Part shown: in pieces, positions 62,701-64,000 of the stretch | Layout of the letters: each line of letters begins with the position of its first letter | Numbering within the stretch: the first letter of the stretch is position 1 | From: Balanoglossus misakiensis | Lineage: Eukaryota; Animalia; Hemichordata | Reading direction: 5' to 3' | DNA length: 64,000 nucleotides | NCBI GenBank assembly: GCA_040954595.2 | Contig: CM082595.2 | Coordinates: 3,705,943-3,769,942, forward strand | The notes under the pieces: generated by a model | Database searches by the model: none | Seen by the model: the letters and a program-made list of their open reading frames with translations, nothing else | What the model was told of the DNA's origin: nothing | Made by a program: the position numbers and the translations under genes

Positions 62701-64000
62701 GTACAGCTCACAGACAGAATATAAATAGACGTGCAACAGACATTTGCATTTGCTCTGCCCAGCTGCTACATGTACACCTCAAGGCAAACAACAGCATGTG
62801 TACATACACCAAATGGCAGTACAGAATTTAACCTTCAGACACCAAAAGTTGCAACTGCAGGCTTTACAGTATAGGCAGTGGAAACATTTAGTGCAAACAC
62901 TCGCATACAATGAATATTTATTTCCTTTCAAATTAACCCTTAACCTTTACCCCAATAAATAAAGAATGCGTTATTAGTTCCGACCACAGTAAAACCAGAG
63001 GTTAATTCACATACGTGGCTTCTAAATTCGCAATGGGGGACACATGTGTTAACATGTAAGTTGTTGCTACTACCAATGTTAATTTCCCACCTAATCTGAA
63101 AACTCGGTTTATATAAACATACTGATATGAATGCAATAAAATTTGAGATGATATCAATATTGAATTGTACACATACTTGTTCAGCTGGGATGTAAACTTG
63201 ACACTCTGATATGGCTAGTTTATTGACTTGAAATTTATGGGTTTTTAATGGTAGGATTTTTCTTGACATGTGCTTGTGGTAATCAACACACATGTCGTTA
63301 TAAGTCATAATTCAAAGACGGAAATGCGGCAGACCCTGACCCAAAGTCTACAGATTCACGTGTGCTAATGTCTACTCAGTTACAAAAATCACAAGTCAAC
63401 TACGGTACAGTACATTTGCATGTGCGTGTAGGGATATTGTATTTTATTCATATTTCTAAGCAAAGTTTCATACCGAACAATACAATATTTCAGTCGTTTT
63501 CCACCTATGGGGCCTCCCAGGCCACCATCACATCCATATTCATTTAGACTATCCCTAGCAGATTGAATTATTTCGCTTTAAGACAGTAAGCATCCCTGGG
63601 GAGTAATTGACACATATCCATTCTTGTTGACTGCAATTTATTCATTTCTCTGGGCCAACCCACTGTTAGCAAATTGGAAAATAACTCCTGAGCTATACAT
63701 GTACTTTAATCTAAATTTGAAGCAGGAACACATCCCCTTTAAGGCTCGATCAAGGAAGTATGGTTTTCAGTTTCAGACTGGCCAGGCATGTGAAAATCAG
63801 AGATACCAAACAACAGTGTCGGACCAAGACCAGGAAATGAGATAAACACACTCAGGTCTTGCTTCCATCGTTGATGATGCAAGCACTTTTACTTACACAC
63901 ATGCAAACAAAGGGACCCTTTCACTTGGCTATTTCCTATATGGGGAAAGAGTCACCCAAGCAGTGTTCTTTGCATAAATAAAGTACATTTGTACTTACAT

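Noticed and set aside
59800-64000. Short ORFs and a possible CCDC50 first exon
   Set aside because: No ATG-containing phase-1 exon or recognisable protein was found; treated as intronic.

Overview
Gene-dense, intron-containing animal genomic DNA. It is probably a marine invertebrate deuterostome such as an echinoderm; this is inferred from gene content and repeats, not proven. Nine spliced genes could be reconstructed by hand from splice sites and reading frames: a secreted beta-lactamase-family serine hydrolase (+), an SLC45 sugar transporter (-), a divergent G-alpha-s-like gene (-), a cyclic-nucleotide-binding-domain protein (-), DCAF17 (-) head-to-head with D2HGDH (+), NBL1/DAN (-), a two-Ig/TM/TIR IL-1-receptor-like gene (-), and CCDC50 (-, first exon not found). 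There are also a ~90-bp TTAA-flanked MITE family (about 8 copies), other MITEs, tandem repeats and microsatellites. Strongest oddities: (1) the Gs-like gene keeps the GNAS exon layout but has an extra 90-nt exon and no N-terminal Cys; (2) CCDC50 has two in-phase acceptors 4002 nt apart, making a 1334-aa segment potentially optional, and inverted MITEs flank four of its exons; (3) a 173-bp tandem duplication created a decoy splice acceptor in the beta-lactamase gene; (4) NBL1 has an odd extra cysteine; (5) a 4x ETS-CRE-like array lies upstream of the IL-1R-like gene. No prokaryotic-type system, CRISPR array, tRNA or rRNA was recognised. Homology calls are from recalled protein motifs, not database searches.
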